A stretch of 63,818 nucleotides of DNA, counting the filler, from Stramenopiles sp. TOSAG23-6 (taxonomy: Eukaryota): assembly GCA_900128565.1 (NCBI GenBank). It is 35 parts of 35 records of this genome, joined end to end, with 100 filler letters (N's around TTAATTAATTAA, not from the genome) between each part and the next. Parts side by side here need not be neighbours in the genome. Positions count along the whole stretch, not along the records: positions 62,109 to 63,818 come from LT638675.1; 34 more parts are not named here. One strand, given 5' to 3'. The notes under the pieces are model-generated. The model had not been told where the DNA came from. It worked only from the letters and a program-made list of their open reading frames with translations, and did not search any database. This document shows, piece by piece, positions 62,159-63,818 of this stretch (positions are counted from its first letter, which is position 1; each line of letters opens with the position of its first letter). A program made the position numbers and the translations under genes.

Positions 62159-63818
62159 ATGCAACCTATATATAGTTTCGAGAAGAAATGAATTATTGGA
62201 GTTGCGAGGAGCATATTCTACCGCCTTTCGAAAATGAGATAAACAAGATGATAGAGAAGAACCAAGTTTTCCTAAAGTTTTTCCAATCATAAAATGAATA
62301 TGAGAACGTCTTTCACAGTATTTAGACGATGGTTGATTATTCAAAAGTATTAGAGCTTTTTTGTATTGTTCCAAAGCCATTTTAGCAACATTGTAACAAT
62401 TTCCTCCAGTCAAATCTCCGGCATACTCATCAATTCTCAGAGGATTAGTTATTAAAGCCGAATTATTTGAACTTTCAAGACTTTCAAGATATCCTGATTC
62501 CTCTGCCGATTCGTTTGATTTATTAAGAGCATTTAGATGTAAATTTATAACTTTCATTGTAGTATCATACGTTTTCAAAATAGGTGACGTATTTGAACTT
62601 TGTAATCGACTATAAAGCAAATCACCNATAGTTTCGACCAATCTAGCGCACGAAATATTTCCTAATGCATCAAAAGCATTTTCAAATGTCCCAGCTTTCT
62701 CCGGATGATTAATACATTTTAATGCCATTTTGAAACAACGCATAGCACAATGCCAACTTTTTGTAGCTGTCCATGAACTATGTTGGAATTCAGAGACATC
62801 AAGCCCTTCAGGAATTTCAATGTATGTATTTTTATCATCAATATATTTTGAAAATAACAATGTATTTTTTGATCCTTTCATATTCTGCAAAGATTGAAAT
62901 ATTTTCTCCGTCGGTAGGTCTTTTATATTTACTTCATTAATGGATACCAAATACATGTATCGTGAAAAAATATTTTTTTTTTTTTGGTTCAAACAAAAAT
63001 CGTTAGATACAAAATTTTTTATGAAAAAAATAAATTTGAAATTCACGATGAAAANGTACATGCCTACTTTAATAACTTGATCAGTAATTTGTAGAGGTTC
63101 TTCACTAAATCCACTAACTAATGCACCATAGTGACACCCTTCATTACTAGTATACGCTGGTCTAAATGCTATGCCAATTGGACCTGCATCTACAATAACC
63201 GTTACACTATTATCTATACTATTTAATGCCAAAGGTTTTTCTGGGCAAAATTTTGAGTACATGTATTTTGGAAAAATATTTCAAAAAAAAATCTAAAAAG
63301 AATTGTTAGGTACGAAATTTCGTATGAAAAAAAATAAATTAGAAATTCGGATAAAACGTACATAATTTCACGATCTATACAGAAATGAAATATTTCTCGA
63401 GCACGGCAACCTGCTAAATACCAAGATTTATATCTATAGGGATTATACCTTATATCAAAATGGTATAGTAATTTAAGTTCTTCCAAAATACTTAAATAAT
63501 CTTGTAAAGACGTCAAATCCGAATTTTTTAGAGTAGGAAATCCTTTTTTGCTTGCAACAAGATTATATAAATCACAATGTGTTCTATATAATGACTTATT
63601 AAAACGATCACTCGAGCAATCACTTGATGACGAATCAACAAATTCTGGAACGAATTTATATTTATACATATCATACGTATCTCTATTTGTAACAGAAGCA
63701 TCAGACTCACTAGACGTAAAATATATACTTTTCCCACTACACAACCAGTCACCTACGGGATCTTCTGTACAAATTTCGTCACTTACGGAATCATCTGTAC
63801 AAATTTTCACTGTATCAT
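62159..63818 (-). CDS. CABIN1/Hir3-like TPR protein fragment with an inserted PDZ-like domain
   Basis: YHFDIRYNPYRYKSW, AMRCFKMAL, IHFMIGK...K, LETIYRLH (CABIN1-like); GPIGIAF...IKVGMYLVSINEVNI (PDZ-like). Confidence 0.6.
62955..63059 (-). mobile_element. Introner-like GT...AT intron (105 nt, in-frame, read through by the ORF track)
   Basis: ggc at|GTAC...CACGATACAT|g rebuilds IKVGMYLVSIN. Confidence 0.8.
63261..63361 (-). mobile_element. Introner-like GT...AT intron (101 nt)
   Basis: att at|GTACGT...GTACCTAAC...CCAAAATACAT|g tac joins two ORFs in frame. Confidence 0.85.

Noticed and set aside
36-63818. Stop-codon reassignment
   Set aside because: Conserved genes read openly in the standard code once introns are removed and end at normal stops; no in-frame stops at conserved positions were seen.

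Overview
This window is not a continuous locus. It is 35 short eukaryotic contigs (about 1,746 down to 1,710 bp, sorted by length) joined by 34 artificial 100-bp linkers (N44-TTAATTAATTAA-N44). Most contigs come from an AT-rich, gene-dense flagellated protist; stramenopile/MAST-like affinity is my inference. One GC-rich contig carries the 3' end of a 28S rRNA gene and may belong to another organism. Recognisable gene fragments include COG6, an OGT-like GT41, UXT, a TLC protein, REC114-like, RanGAP, a calcineurin-B-like protein, MLO-like, VPS24/CHMP3, a SNF2 helicase, EFHC/Rib72, ARMC6, RAV1/DMXL, BTF3, kinesin-5, UTP25 and CABIN1/Hir3, plus tRNA-Lys(UUU) and a ~104-bp satellite. The main signal is a high-copy family of ~75-220 nt repeats that interrupt coding sequence, in sense orientation wherever a host gene can be read. 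Approximate consensus: GTAYGTTTT...TTTCGTACGAAATTTYGTACCTAAC...GAAATATTTTT..AATACAT. They carry a spliceosomal-type donor and branch point but almost never a terminal AG. In more than 20 complete copies, removal as GT...AT (rarely GT...GT or GT...AG) restores the reading frame, often across conserved protein motifs. Unrelated ordinary GT-AG introns occur in the same window. This looks like an Introner-like family of non-canonical GT-AT introns. It needs RNA-seq and raw-read confirmation.
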